From assembly GCA_002269645.1 (NCBI GenBank), contig NIVC01004202.1:1-55557 (forward strand): a DNA stretch of 55,557 nt, given 5' to 3'. Shown in pieces: positions 39,403 through 51,430 of the stretch. The stretch comes from Macrostomum lignano (Eukaryota). The notes under the pieces were generated by a model that had not been told where the DNA came from, did not search any database, and was given only the letters and a program-made list of their open reading frames with translations. Both the position numbers and the translations under genes were made by a program. How positions within the stretch are numbered: the first letter of the stretch is position 1; each line of letters starts with the position of its first letter.

Positions 39403-39675
39403 ATGGCAGAAAAGAACTCTGTAGTGGAGATCCGTGTCCTATTGGCCTCCAGCAACAAGCAACTGCTGACGATGAACGTGCCAACCAGCATGACCATCAT
39501 CGAGCTCAAGGAGGACATCAAGAAGCGTGTTAGCGGCAAGCTAGTCATCAACAATCTCATGTACAAGTCTGTCGTGCCAATGCTGGACATACGACAGATT
39601 AGCGACTATCTAAAGTACTCGCCCGGAACCAACTCCATCGATGTGACAGTGCATGGTCACCAGGAGACCGAGTAG
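39403..39675 (+). CDS. Small ubiquitin-like fold protein (90 aa)
   Basis: Beta-grasp pattern: VEIRVLL..., LTMNVPTSMTIIELKEDIKKR, LMYKSVVPMLDIRQISDY; no C-terminal GG. Confidence 0.55.
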   Translation: MAEKNSVVEIRVLLASSNKQLLTMNVPTSMTIIELKEDIKKRVSGKLVINNLMYKSVVPMLDIRQISDYLKYSPGTNSIDVTVHGHQETE

Positions 39676-40454
39676 ATCGTAAAAGTACATTTTGCCAATC
39701 CTTGTCTTTCATGCTTGTTCAAGTTCAAATATAAATCTGTTGCTGCAGGAACGACTCTAGATAATATAATTTGATGCGGATTATAAAGTTGATTCATAAG
39801 TTTGTTTAATTTTATTCTCTAAACTCTATACTTCTCTGTTGAAGTCTAATAAATTTTTCTAAAAAAATGATTGTTGCACTTTTATATTAGCGCCACATAC
39901 CCCCTTCGCTAAAGAACCATCCCTAATTCGCCCAGGCAAAACAACCACTGTTTAAATGTGACAAGTTAAACTACGAGGTAGGCTAGAAAAGTTAGTTGAA
40001 CAGTCGAGCAATCCAGAAGACCAATGACACAACCAATTTCACAACTGTGCAAGGAGTTATGGCTAGAATGTAAGCTCATTTGGACATCCCTGGCGTTTAC
40101 AGTTCCGGAAAGTTTTGCAACACCTTCTCATACATATAAATCGTGATCTCGATCTAACTCGTTGAACAGCTGATCAAAATCTGTACTTACTGATGCTTAA
40201 GTGTCTACCAACTGGCCCTTATCTGAAAATGACACACAATCCAGAGACTGAATCCAAACAGTTGTCTCCAATGCAGTAAGCGAGTTTAGCATTGACGCAA
40301 TTGTTCAACATAGCACTCTCGCGCAATTCCAATTTATTAGTTTTAGCAAGTTTTGTACGCACGCGACACGGCTTCGCATCAGAATCCAACAGAACTCACA
40401 CAAGGCTATTAAAGTCTCAACTGCGCGCAGATCCTCATCAAATACTTTCGCTAC

Positions 40455-40886
40455 TCAGCTCCTCGGTCGTTCCTTCTTGCCGCGGAACAGCGCCCACAGA
40501 GACACGTTGGCCACCTTGACAATCTTGAACCGGACGCCGGGAATGTCGCCGACGGCGTGTCCGGCTCGGCCGAATCCGGACACCAGTACCTCGTCGTTTT
40601 CCTCGATGAAGTTCAGACAGCCGTCGTTAGGCACGAAAGCGGTGATCTTCTTGCCGTTCTTGATCAGCTGGACTCTGACGCACTTCCTGATGGCGCTGTT
40701 GGGCTGCTTGGCCTCGACGCCGATCTTCTCAACCACGATGCCCTTGGCGTGGGACGCGCCGCCGAACGGGTTGGCCTTCCAACGGGTGCCCAGGTGAGAC
40801 TTTTTGTAGTCCTTGTCTGCCCAGCGCTGCTCGCGTCGGTTATTGCGTAGCTTGCGGGCGGTGCGAATACCGGCTGGCTTGCCCAT
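40455..40886 (-). CDS. RPS23: 40S ribosomal protein S23 (uS12), intronless CDS
   Basis: [13 protein letters not shown]...[25 protein letters not shown]...KERPRS, 143 aa. Confidence 0.99.
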   Translation of the reverse strand: MGKPAGIRTARKLRNNRREQRWADKDYKKSHLGTRWKANPFGGASHAKGIVVEKIGVEAKQPNSAIRKCVRVQLIKNGKKITAFVPNDGCLNFIEENDEVLVSGFGRAGHAVGDIPGVRFKIVKVANVSLWALFRGKKERPRS

Positions 40887-42203
40887 GCTGTCCGGTCAGT
40901 GCGGCTGCAGCAGTGAATGGCATCGGATAGTGGCAGACTGATAATCAATTGATAATCAATAATCAATATGAAACAACTTTTGTGCGATTTTAGTCACTGA
41001 AGCGACGGTATAACAACTGTGGGCCGTAGTGTCGTATTTGAGGCGTGCTACCTATAGTCGCTGAGTCGTGTTTGAAGCACACTAACTAGCCTACTGAGTT
41101 AGTAGAAAGTTAAGCGCCAACACGATTCTTAGACGACTCTTTTACGATTCTTCAGTTTACCTGACGCGCTTGTGATGCGATGGTCACCTCTGTCAAATTA
41201 GTCGTTAAAGAGTCACAAAAGTCGTCCCAGAGTGGCGGCTAGAGTCACTTAAGTTGTTTGCAAAGACTTTTTAGCGATTTTTTGTCACAGTATCATTTTA
41301 AGGGCTGGCTACCTTGTAAAATATATTGGCTTCATCTACAAATAGCCACATAGATCCAGGGTACTTCAGCAACATTAAAACAAAGATCAAAAAGCTCAGT
41401 GGAAAAATTTTGGTGGGAAAAGGTTGCAGGCAATTATGATGGACCCATAACCTGAACCTAGGATTTTTCAATGTCATGACCCATTGACCCATCAAATTAT
41501 TTTTTTTACACTTTTGATGGATGCCAGCTTATACCTTAGTTTTCCATTTGGCATCCTGAAGTGAGACCAAGAATACAATGATTCTAATAATTAAAATCCA
41601 AATATAATTTTTTTTGTTTAACTGACATTAAAAAATATAAATTGTGATAGCCCTGATAGGGAATAATTTTGCCAAATAAGTATTTAGTTTCAAGTATATG
41701 TATCCTCATTAATTTTTACTTATAGTAGCAGTAATTGCATATGTTATATTGTCTAAACAGAAAACAGCTTTCTTTTGTTTAAGTTACTTTCTGTTTTAAT
41801 CCCTACTGTTTTATTTAAAAAAATCAATGGTAGCTAATAATAGCAAACTAAGCTTTTCCCAGTTTTTTACTATATATAATATAAAGCCTTAATCTAGAAG
41901 AGAAAAATGCAACTGCTAAAACTTTAATTTTTTCTTCTTGATATAATTATAAATAACTTTGCAGTGCAATTAGCATAGCCTATATAAAAAAGAAGCACTA
42001 AACAAATTATAAAAAAAGAAAAAAATTGAAAAAAAAGTTTCTTGACTTTTTTATAGAGAAATTTTTTATAAATTTGGCCATTCTTATCACTGGGATATAG
42101 ATATGCTAATACCAGGATCCGGTTTTGAAAAATACTGGTTTTGGGCCATTTTTTGATATGTGTATCCCAATATTAGTCCAGTATTGGTCTAAAACTGTCT
42201 ATA

Positions 42204-45200
42204 CACGCCTCCCCTGAAGAGAGAGTCCGGTCAATGAAATACACCCCAAAAAATATTGATTTCCCATGAATCTATGACCCAACAGAAGTCCAAAAAAGCA
42301 ATAGTTGAAATCCTATCGCATTGTCTGCATAGTGTACAGGTATGCTAATTAGTACAGTGATTTTTAGTACCAGGTAGGTACTACAAGAAGAACAAGAAGG
42401 TCTGAGAGAACATGGCAACCATCCTGCAGCAACGAAAATGCTAAAACAAGGTAGAATTTACGTTTCTGTTCATTCTCCGTCACTTATGGTTCATTAATAG
42501 TATTTCTATTACCTGTCCATACCTGTGTACACCTGAAAATTATGTTTTTGCATACTATATTGTGCTGAATTCACACCAGGGCGTGTATCTTCACACTTAT
42601 CATTGTACGAGCGTATTTACATGTATATGCTCGTGGCTCAAAATAAATTGAATTCAATATTCTGGCTGCAGACTTTTCTTTCTGTTTCAATAAGCTATTT
42701 GGCCCACAGACGTCTCCAGATGATGAGGCAGTCAGAACTAGGAGACAAGTTAATTCCAGTGTTTTCTTCAGAACAAAAAGAAATAGCAAGCAGCAGCTGC
42801 TACACTTTTACTAAACTTTTACTGAAATTAAAGTTACTGTAAGTGAGACAACTAGCTATGAAAATGAAAAGGGTATATTTGAGTGAGATACTCTAGGTCG
42901 ACATTTATAAGCTGAGTGAAAGCGTACAATACACGATTGAGTGTGATATGGGGTGGGGCGATCAATAATTTGGGGGAATGTACGTATGAGCTACATAAAT
43001 ATGCATGCAATATATTAGACTAATTGAGCGTGCAGGTAGAAATACAAGAAAGAATAAAAAAAAATACCGCGACACTGGCTGCTCCAGAACAATGCCAAAC
43101 AACAAGCGCTCACATGAAGAAAATCGAAGATGTGTGTGCATATTGTGCTTTCGGAAGGGAGACCGACCGCTGACAGCCACTCTTGAAGTGCTGATTGAAT
43201 GCCATGTGCTGCCAGGCTTCGCTGACCATCGTGGATTTCTGCCTTTAAGCATCTGCAACTCCTGCAGAATCAAGCTGATGTCACAAAGCAGCCCTGCACC
43301 AACACCTCTGCCGCCAAAAATGCCCTACGAGCAAGTTATTGCAGATCTGCGCTGTCTTCCGCCACTCACTCGCGAACGCCCCGATTGCAACTGCTGGGTG
43401 TGCCATGTGGGCTCCAGCAGAGCCAACAAGAATGTGGCTGTATATCACCCTTTCATGCCAGATGAGTCTGCTGCTGGTATTGCGACGCCACTTGGTCGAT
43501 TTATGGACTCTGGAGTGAAAAAGATCCTCATCCTGGCCCTTGTTGAGGATGTCAAAGAATGCTACCAGAACGTTAGTGTACTAATGTCAACCATCGACAT
43601 CAGCTCCATTAACTTCACGTTGGCCTGCGATTTTAAACTGGCAAACATAATCAGCAGGATCCAGAGCCATTCTTCATCGCATCCCTGCCTGTACTGTGAG
43701 GGCAGGCCTCCATGGGAAGTACCAGCACAAAGGAGGACGCTCGGCTCAATTCGACACCTGGCAAGTGAGTTTCAGGCAGCTGGTGGACACCAGCCTCTAG
43801 CCAAAAACTTTGCCAACTGCGTCCAGCCTCCACTGCTACCTGGGAGCGATTCTGCTGAACTGCTGGACGTGGTACCACCGCCAGAGCTGCACATGATGCT
43901 TGGCATTGTGAACCGATTGCTTGATGCTCTCAATGCAAGCTGGGGTGGCAACAAGGCCTACGAGTGGGCCTATGAAGCAGGCATCTGCAGGCAGCAGTAT
44001 CATGGAGGTTGCCTGGAGGGCCCAGCGTGCAAAAAGCTCCTTCTGAAGGCGAGTGAGCTGTGGAGCGTGCTGCCTCCACACCTGAAGCTCTACGCAACAG
44101 CACTTCAAGACTTCAATGCTGTGCGCGAAGCTTGCTTTGGCCAAAGTCTGGCAGCTGATTACAGTCTCTACATTGCTCGCTTCCAGACGACATGTAGGTA
44201 CCTCGAGCTTTCAGTTACGCCAAAGATGCACGCGCTTTTTGACCATGTGCCAGCGTTCTGCGGCAAGTATGGCAAGGGGCTTGGCAGCTTTAGTGAACAG
44301 GCTGTTGAATCAGCCCACAGTGACTTCAAAGCCACCTGGCAGCGCTATAAGCGCCCCCTAAATCATCCTCAGTATAGCACGTGTCTACTGCAATCCATCA
44401 TAAACTATAATTCATTTCACATCTGAGCCAAATATGTCATAACTTGTAACTTGCAAATTCCAATTTACTACTGCCAAGATAACTACAAGTAAACTGTTGA
44501 AAAAAGTAGTTAGTAGTTAGTACATTGGTTTTGCTGTTACATTCAATGCTTGTATTTTGACAACCCACTAAACTCGTATGTTTGTATTGGGTAAAGCAGA
44601 AAGTTGTCGCAGGTTTTAAGGCCTTCTATGAAATGAAGTGCTTGAAGTACATGTAATGGTACTGTATCACAGTAGCTGGAACTTGAATTCGGGTTTGCTC
44701 TACATCAGTCAATGCATGTCTTTTTTATTCTGCAGCACACAAGGCTTCCAGAAATTCTGTAGGCTTATCTTCGCAAATTGCAAGAACTTTCTGTTTTACT
44801 AAATATTGTACTAGCTTTAACAACTATTCTAGCTATTTTACTCTAGTTATCCTACCCGTGCCCTATTGCAGCGCATGGCTTAAGTACGCCAGACGCCTAC
44901 ACAACCTGCGCCACGCTGTGAAATGACTTACCTGTGAAAGAAACCCTAAAGCAAAATTAACCCAAAATTAACGTTTTGGGTAAACGGCAGGAGTAACTAT
45001 GACTGTCTTATCAAGCCTAAATGCCTCGGCATCTAATTAGTACCGCGCCGCGCCATACTAATCGCCGCTCCCCGTACTAATCGCCGCGCCGCGCCGTATT
45101 AGATCTGCGCCGGACGCCGTCCGCCAAAATGCCCATGCGCTGCAATCAGGTACCCGTGTAGTCATTTGCCGCCAAAATAAGCTTGTAATTCCCAATGACC

Positions 45201-45683
45201 TCTGCTTATGCTTTCTGTTTTTGCGAAACTTTTCTCTCTTCAATAGTTACTGGCTTTGTTTTGACTCTCAGTGCCAGTCTATCGCTGCACTGCTCCAAAA
45301 ACTTTAAAAAATTGAAAACGTTACTAGGAAAACACAAGCTCCATGTGTAAATTAATCTCAGTCAGGTATGGACAGGTAATAAAAATACTATTAATGAACC
45401 ATAAGTGACAGAGAATGAACAGAAACGTAAATTCTACCTTGTTTTAGCATTTTCGTTGCTGCAGGATGGTTGCCATGTTCTCTCAGACCTTCTTGTTCTT
45501 CTTGTAGTACCTACCTGGTACTAAAAATCACTGTACTAATTAGCATACCTGTACACTATGCAGACAATGCGATAGGATTTCAACTATTGCTTTTTTGGAC
45601 TTCTGTTGGGTCATAGATTCATGGGAAATCAATATTTTTAGGGTATATTTCATTGACCAAACTCTCTCTTCAGGGGAGGCGTG
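42204..45683 (+). mobile_element. Chapaev-type (CMC/Transib-related) DNA transposon, 3480 bp
   Basis: CAC...GTG termini; TIRs 42204-42525 and 45363-45683; 4-bp TSD TATA at 42200-42203 and 45684-45687. Confidence 0.9.
43092..44426 (+). CDS. Chapaev-like transposase, probably internally deleted
   Basis: Chapa-type zinc finger H-X7-C-X2-C...PLSICNSC, CNCWVC; RAG1/Transib-like motifs CDFKLANI...HPCLYCE, PPELHMMLG, PKMHALFDH, FSEQAVESAH. Confidence 0.85.
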   Translation: MPNNKRSHEENRRCVCILCFRKGDRPLTATLEVLIECHVLPGFADHRGFLPLSICNSCRIKLMSQSSPAPTPLPPKMPYEQVIADLRCLPPLTRERPDCNCWVCHVGSSRANKNVAVYHPFMPDESAAGIATPLGRFMDSGVKKILILALVEDVKECYQNVSVLMSTIDISSINFTLACDFKLANIISRIQSHSSSHPCLYCEGRPPWEVPAQRRTLGSIRHLASEFQAAGGHQPLAKNFANCVQPPLLPGSDSAELLDVVPPPELHMMLGIVNRLLDALNASWGGNKAYEWAYEAGICRQQYHGGCLEGPACKKLLLKASELWSVLPPHLKLYATALQDFNAVREACFGQSLAADYSLYIARFQTTCRYLELSVTPKMHALFDHVPAFCGKYGKGLGSFSEQAVESAHSDFKATWQRYKRPLNHPQYSTCLLQSIINYNSFHI

Positions 45684-47898
45684 TATATTTTTAAAAATTT
45701 GTGATTTTTTGTTTAAATTACATTTTCCTAGAAATTAAAATATGTTTTGCCTTAGCTTTTTAGCTTTGAATTTACTTGGGATTTGGGGATTTCTTAGAAT
45801 TGGGGAAATGTATGCTACTATAAAGAGTAAGCCTAGGGATATTCCTAGTGGCATAAATGTTAGAGTAGCAAGACAGTCTAATCAGTCTAAGGGAGAAAGA
45901 GGAAAAGGGCTACACAGTAGATTGGAGTTGCCTAGGAAACAGGTGTGCCAATGGGGAATTTCAATAGCTAATGGGGAATTCTAACAGTTAAATGGGGAAT
46001 GTTAGCATAGAGAGTAGGATATTTAATAGTGGACTAAAGAGGTAGGAAGGCAGAATGCCTAATGAATCAATGCTAAAGCCTAATAGCAATTGCTAGAATA
46101 GGGCAGTCAAGCACAAGTTGAAGTTCTTCTTCACCATATATTTGCTTGTATTTATAGTAATTTATAGTAATATTTATAGTAATTTATAGTAGACAATTAT
46201 TAACAAAATTTAAGCAATAATATATAGGCCTATATAATAAACATAAAAAAGCAAGGCAATATATTTAACTACTTAAAAATGAAAATAGAATTGAAACTAT
46301 GAGTAGAAGATACATGATTTTTTGTGATCTATTCAACAAACAATAGGCCTATAGCTGTATTAAGGCAAATATGATAAAGTAATCAATAAGACAATAAGGT
46401 AAGGCTAGTAAGAATGCTACTAAAATGATAACTACTATAACTACACAAACAATTACTACTACTTCACAAATTGATTGGATTTAAAAGTCAGGACAATTCA
46501 GTAAATGATTTATAATGCATTTAAAAGATAGGCAATAAAAAATAGGTAAAATGCAATAAAATTTGACTTTTTGAAATTTGGGAGCCAAAATATGAAAAAA
46601 GCTATTGAATAACAGTATTCAAAACTGGTATTGGCGAAATTCCAGTATTGAATACCAGGATCCCTGTTTTGGGCAAGTCTGGTATTTAGCATCCCTATAT
46701 CCCTAAACTACATCTTTTTAATGAAATAGGCATACCAGTTTAAATGGTCAGTTTAACATAAAATAGAAAGTCATTTAGAGGGGCCAAGTAATATTAATAA
46801 TTATATATTATATTTTCTATTTCCAAATAGAAAGCAGCTTTAAAGTGTTTAGGTCTGCAATTTTCAGTGATAATAGCTTCTGTGTAATATAGCTCCTGAC
46901 AGCTTCTATTTGGTAACTTCTTTGACATGCTTGAAATTAAGGAAAGTTATGAGTGATTTTTTTCACAGATAGACCAAGGTCCCAATGAGTTCAGACTCCG
47001 GGCTGAACCGCATTTTAACCCGCATTTTGACCCGCATTTTAAAACTAGGCCCAAAGGCCCAAATTAGCTTTTTAGATTTTAACCCGCATTTTAAAACTAG
47101 GCCCAAAATTAGCAATTTAGATATCACCACCGTCAGAGCTTCGGACACGAGTTAAATTTATTCAAAAATGTAGAAAGTAGAACAAAAAGTAAAAAACAGG
47201 TTTTTAATAAGAGCAACTAATTTTAAGTCAAAAGCCTAGTTTTTTATTTTTAATTTTAAAAAAGCTATATAGTGCCGCAATAAAATGAGGCAAAAAATAT
47301 TTCGGTGGGAATTGACTCCCTGTATTGATGCTATTTTAGACCCTGGCGCTGGCGAACGAAATATGTTTGGCTTTGGCACCCTGTCTGTGTCGCTACTTGC
47401 TAGTGACCACACATTCAAGCTAGAATAGCTAGACTAGAAAATTTTAGTTTAAACTGCTGTTGAGACTTTCGACTTACAACAACCAAAGGACCCAATGATC
47501 AATTCTTGGGTACTTGCATGTAAATGTAACATTCACACGCATGCTTTTATACATGTACTAGTACTTACAGTACTTGTTAGCATCATCTGTTCCTCATCAA
47601 CAGCGGCACCTTCCGATAGTGGGTTGAGTCGAATCTGGTGGTCCTTTATATGGTGGTTAGTCAAGCGTAAGCGCGAGTAACGAGCGTACATCATGTATTT
47701 TGACTTTGGGGACGCTGAAGTGCTTAACACGTACGAGCGTACATGTACACGTGTAGAAAAAAAAGAAAAAACCAGCAATTTTTATATAGTAAACGGAAGA
47801 TATATTTTCAAGCATTTACCAAATAATTGCACGCTGTCAACAAACGGTCACGCTACTAGCAACTGTTCTTGTAAAAAAGCTTGTAAAAATACTCGTAA

Positions 47899-50800
47899 TT
47901 AGGCAGCAGTAAGAGGCACGCACACCCAGCGGAAGCTTGGCCAGAAAGATAGATCATCAGCCACATCGTCCGAAGCAGCGCACAGCAGGTGCACGGCACC
48001 GTCGGCGTGGGTCAGGCATCGCGTCGGATAGCCCGGCGGCCACAACAATCTGTGGGGCCCTCCGGCCTCGCTGGAATGCTTAGTCAGGCCCACCTGCCAG
48101 GTTGCTTGCCAACGTTGAAATGCACGCCTGCAAACAAACAGATGGCAAGATGGCGTACAGAAGATACCATTTGTGTCCTTGAACAAGGCACTTGACTCTG
48201 CATTGGTTCAGCTCACCCAGCTGTTAAATGGCTACCAGAATTATCTGGAGTGATTAAGGGTGTGTGAGGACCAGGGCTGTAGGGAGGGGGATGGGGGATG
48301 TTTTTCTAGCATATTTCTCTTTTCCCTCCCTAGGGGCGGCCAATTCCTTCCGAAGAAAATTTTTGGCGGCGCGCCTGATGGCGAATCCCCAGTCCTTGGA
48401 CTGAGCAACCGTACGCAGACTTCAGATGCGCCGCGCAGTAGCTGCGGCTGAGCTGCCGGTTGCACATCTGCCCCATTAGGGCAGGCTTAATAAATTATTA
48501 TTAATCATTAATTCATTTGTAAGCCTAGGGTTAACTGGCCAATCGAATCCAGGGGCTCCACCGCTGCACTGCTTACCCAGAGCTCCAGTGTTAAGTAAAA
48601 ATAGATACAAAATCTGCATCTCAGTTAGCCCCTCACCTATCAGCCGGAGTCAAGTGTTTTCTCTGCTCTCTGAACTGGTCGTCGCTAATCATATAGCAGC
48701 CCGGCCAGCTGACCAGACTGGCGTACAGGGAGAACAGGTCATCACACTTGGACCGCTTGAACAGGTACATAGATACAGGCACCGGCGCCCGGCTGCAGTA
48801 CATTCGAAACTGTCGAAAGAACTCGTCAGTAAACAGATGCTTGGATTCGACCAGTTTGCCTACGAATACCAGGTGGCGGAGCGGCCTACCGGACAGCGGC
48901 AGCTGGCCTTCCAGGATGGAGAAGCAGGCTGAGTAGTCCGGCTTGATCTTCGCACGGCCTGAGCTGCCGCCGCTGCCCAGATGCAGCAGCAAGTTGTTCA
49001 AGTCCAGTACAGCGCCAGGCCGTCCGTTACGAGCGGTTTTATGGCGCAGCCACTGTCGGAAATCGGCGGCCTCGTCTGGATCGGTGCGCCACACCGGTTG
49101 CCCGCTGGCCTGCCGAAGCTCCAACAGGCGGCTGGCCAGGCCGGCCGCGTCCAGCTGGTCGCTGTCGGCCGCGCCAGTGCTGTACGCCTCGGACAGGGAG
49201 CGGCCGCAGGAGGCGCACCGGCGGTCCATGGTCTCCTCCAACGCGGTGGAAGGGGACAATGTCCTTGACTAAAAGTACAATTATAAAATTCCACTTTTAT
49301 AACAGACAAAAGTTTTAGAAATCACGTGTTTTAAAGCGAAAAACTTTCGATATCAGTCCTCATCGTACATCTGATCAGAAGATCTTAAACCTCGGTGCTC
49401 ACCCAGCCCGAAACCCTCCATCCCGAGTGCTCACCCAGCCCCCGCGAGTGCTCACCCAGCCCCCGAGTGCTCACCCAGCCCTGCGAGTGCTCACCCAGCC
49501 CGAAACCCTCCAACTCCAGTACTCACCCAGCCCCGAGTGCTCACCCAGCCCGAAACCCTCCATCCCCAGTGCTCACCCAGCCCGAAATCCTCCATCCCAA
49601 GTGCTCACCCAACCCGAAACCCTCCATTCCCAGTGTTCACCCAGCCCCCGAGTGCTCACCCAACCCGAAACCCTCCATTCCCAGTGTTCACTCAGCCCCC
49701 GAGTGCTCACCCAACCCGAAACCCTCCATTCCCAGTGTTCACCCAGCCCCCGAGTGCTCACCCAGCCCGAAACCCTCCATTCCCAGTGTTCACTCAGCCC
49801 CCGAGTGCTCACCCAACCCGAAACCCTCCATTCCCAGTGTTCACCCAGCCCCCGAGTGCTCACCCAACCCGAAACCCTCCATTCCCAGTGTTCACCCAGC
49901 CCCCGAGTGCTCACCCAGCCCGAAACCCTCCATCCCCAGTGCTCACCGGAGTCTTATCCAGCAGCAGTCGGGCCAGTCGCAGGGCAGCAGGCTGGCTGAA
50001 CAGCAGTCCGTGCCGACACGCCGGCTCCACCAGCAGCTGGCTGAGATCTCCCCAGTTGTCGGGCGCAGCGGCAACTTCGGCCACCAGACGTTCGTCAATA
50101 TCCCACGGTTGCCGAGGCGGCAGCAGCGGGTTGGCCGCATTGTCTCGGCGCTGCCTGCCAGCGGCTTCAAAGTACGCAAACAGCTGCTCGCTGCCTTCAA
50201 ACGACTCCGCCGGCACCTCTGACGTGTTAGCGCCGGATTCGTCCCAGACTGCGGTCAGTTCGGCAGCATCCGGCAGCTGACGAAGCAGCGACAGCATCCG
50301 GACAGTCAGCAAGGAGCGGACAGCAGGGTCAGCGCGCTTGGACAGAGCGGCCACACAGCGTCTGCTGCCAGCTGGGTCCTGGGGAAGACGCAATGTAAAC
50401 AAAAAAGTATTTTGCTAAACATTATTTCGGAAGGATGAAAGAATTTTGAAATCGGTGGCACAACACCATCCAATCATTTTCAAGCGGGTACATGTATCAC
50501 GTTAAAAATTCACGTGACAGACTTCCCGCATCCGTGAATGTTCGAGCGGTGACGGCTTGTCCAATGCTAAATCCTTGATGATTAATATTTAATAGCACTG
50601 TAACCTTGCGCCGATTGCTAACCTCATTGCAAAACTAAATACAGCAGGTTGTAATGTAAAGGAAGCGTATTTGATTTCGAGCTGAAAAAAAGCAGTATTT
50701 CAGGTGCATGAGCAGTCCCTGCTCATCTAAAAGCTAATTAGAGACTAATTCGATGTAATCCAGACCCAGAAAGCGCAAATGACCATTCGGGATTTTCGCG

Positions 50801-51430
50801 CCCTCTCAAGTGTCTTAACAGGTCTGCGGTTGCGACGTACTTGAGAAGTTTTTCGTATCGTAACTTTAAGGACTCGTAAACAGCGGTTTGATGAGCGTAA
50901 TGCAATAGGAAAGAAGGCAACTCAACTTGTCAAACAGAGACAAACTATTCGGCCGCAGGACTCACACCAAGCAGACGGAGCCGCGACTCTGCCATGCTGG
51001 CCAGCAGGCCGGGATTCTTCACCGCCAGCTCCTCCAGTCCGACCTGCCGCTCTAACTCCTCTAGCAGGGACGCCGTCAGCGGCCTGCCGGCTCGCTCCAG
51101 CAGCAGTCCTGGCCAGGCGTTGCCAAGGTGGCCCCAGCTGGCGACAGCTGCAGGCGAGTCGAACAGTCGGCGAAGCTCGGCAAAGTCGGCAGCACTGATC
51201 GGCGGTCGGTCGGTACTCTTCGGCACTCGCTGGAGATGGTCACCGCCGCCGCCGCATAGGTGACGCAGAGCGGAGTTGGCCGCGGCGACCGGACCTCCGC
51301 CGGATGCGCCGCGGCCGGAGTCGCGCAGCAGGCGACGCCGCAGTCCGTCCAAGAGCTGCTGCCAGTAGCCGCCGCTGCAGGAGTTGCCAGCAGTCTGAGA
51401 GGCGGCAAGCCGGCGAATGGCTGCCGACAT
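47899..51430 (-). CDS. PRORP: Protein-only (mitochondrial) RNase P catalytic subunit; exons 51430-50966, 50378-49947, 49268-48637, 48127-47899 (585 aa)
   Basis: Canonical splice sites, phases 0/0/2. NYN motifs AVLDLNN, KCDDLFSLYASL, ISDDQFREQ, AFQRWQ, C-terminal RWVC; zinc-site CASC; Arg/Ala-rich N-terminal targeting-like sequence. Confidence 0.85.
48172..48479 (+). mobile_element. Second copy of the CORE-like SINE, head lost, with an internal insertion, in the last PRORP intron
   Basis: GTGTCCTTGAACAAGGCACTT...CACCCAGCTGTTAAATGG; 3' part matches the reverse complement of 27578-27680. Confidence 0.75.
49395..49946. repeat. Intronic minisatellite with a 51-bp higher-order unit (32+19-bp subunits)
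   Basis: CCCGAAACCCTCCATTCCCAGTGTTCACCCAGCCCCCGAGTGCTCACCCAA; abuts the exon boundary at 49947. Confidence 0.97.

Noticed and set aside
40477-40966. ORFs overlapping RPS23
   Set aside because: Antisense or alternative-frame shadows of a highly conserved CDS.
45820-46710. Possible hAT element with TAGGGAT...ATCCCTA ends
   Set aside because: Only a 7-bp match in heavily decayed sequence; no TSD or internal support.
49395-50280. Pro-rich mucin/extensin-like ORFs (275, 247 and 190 aa)
   Set aside because: Intronic minisatellite plus the antisense of a PRORP exon.
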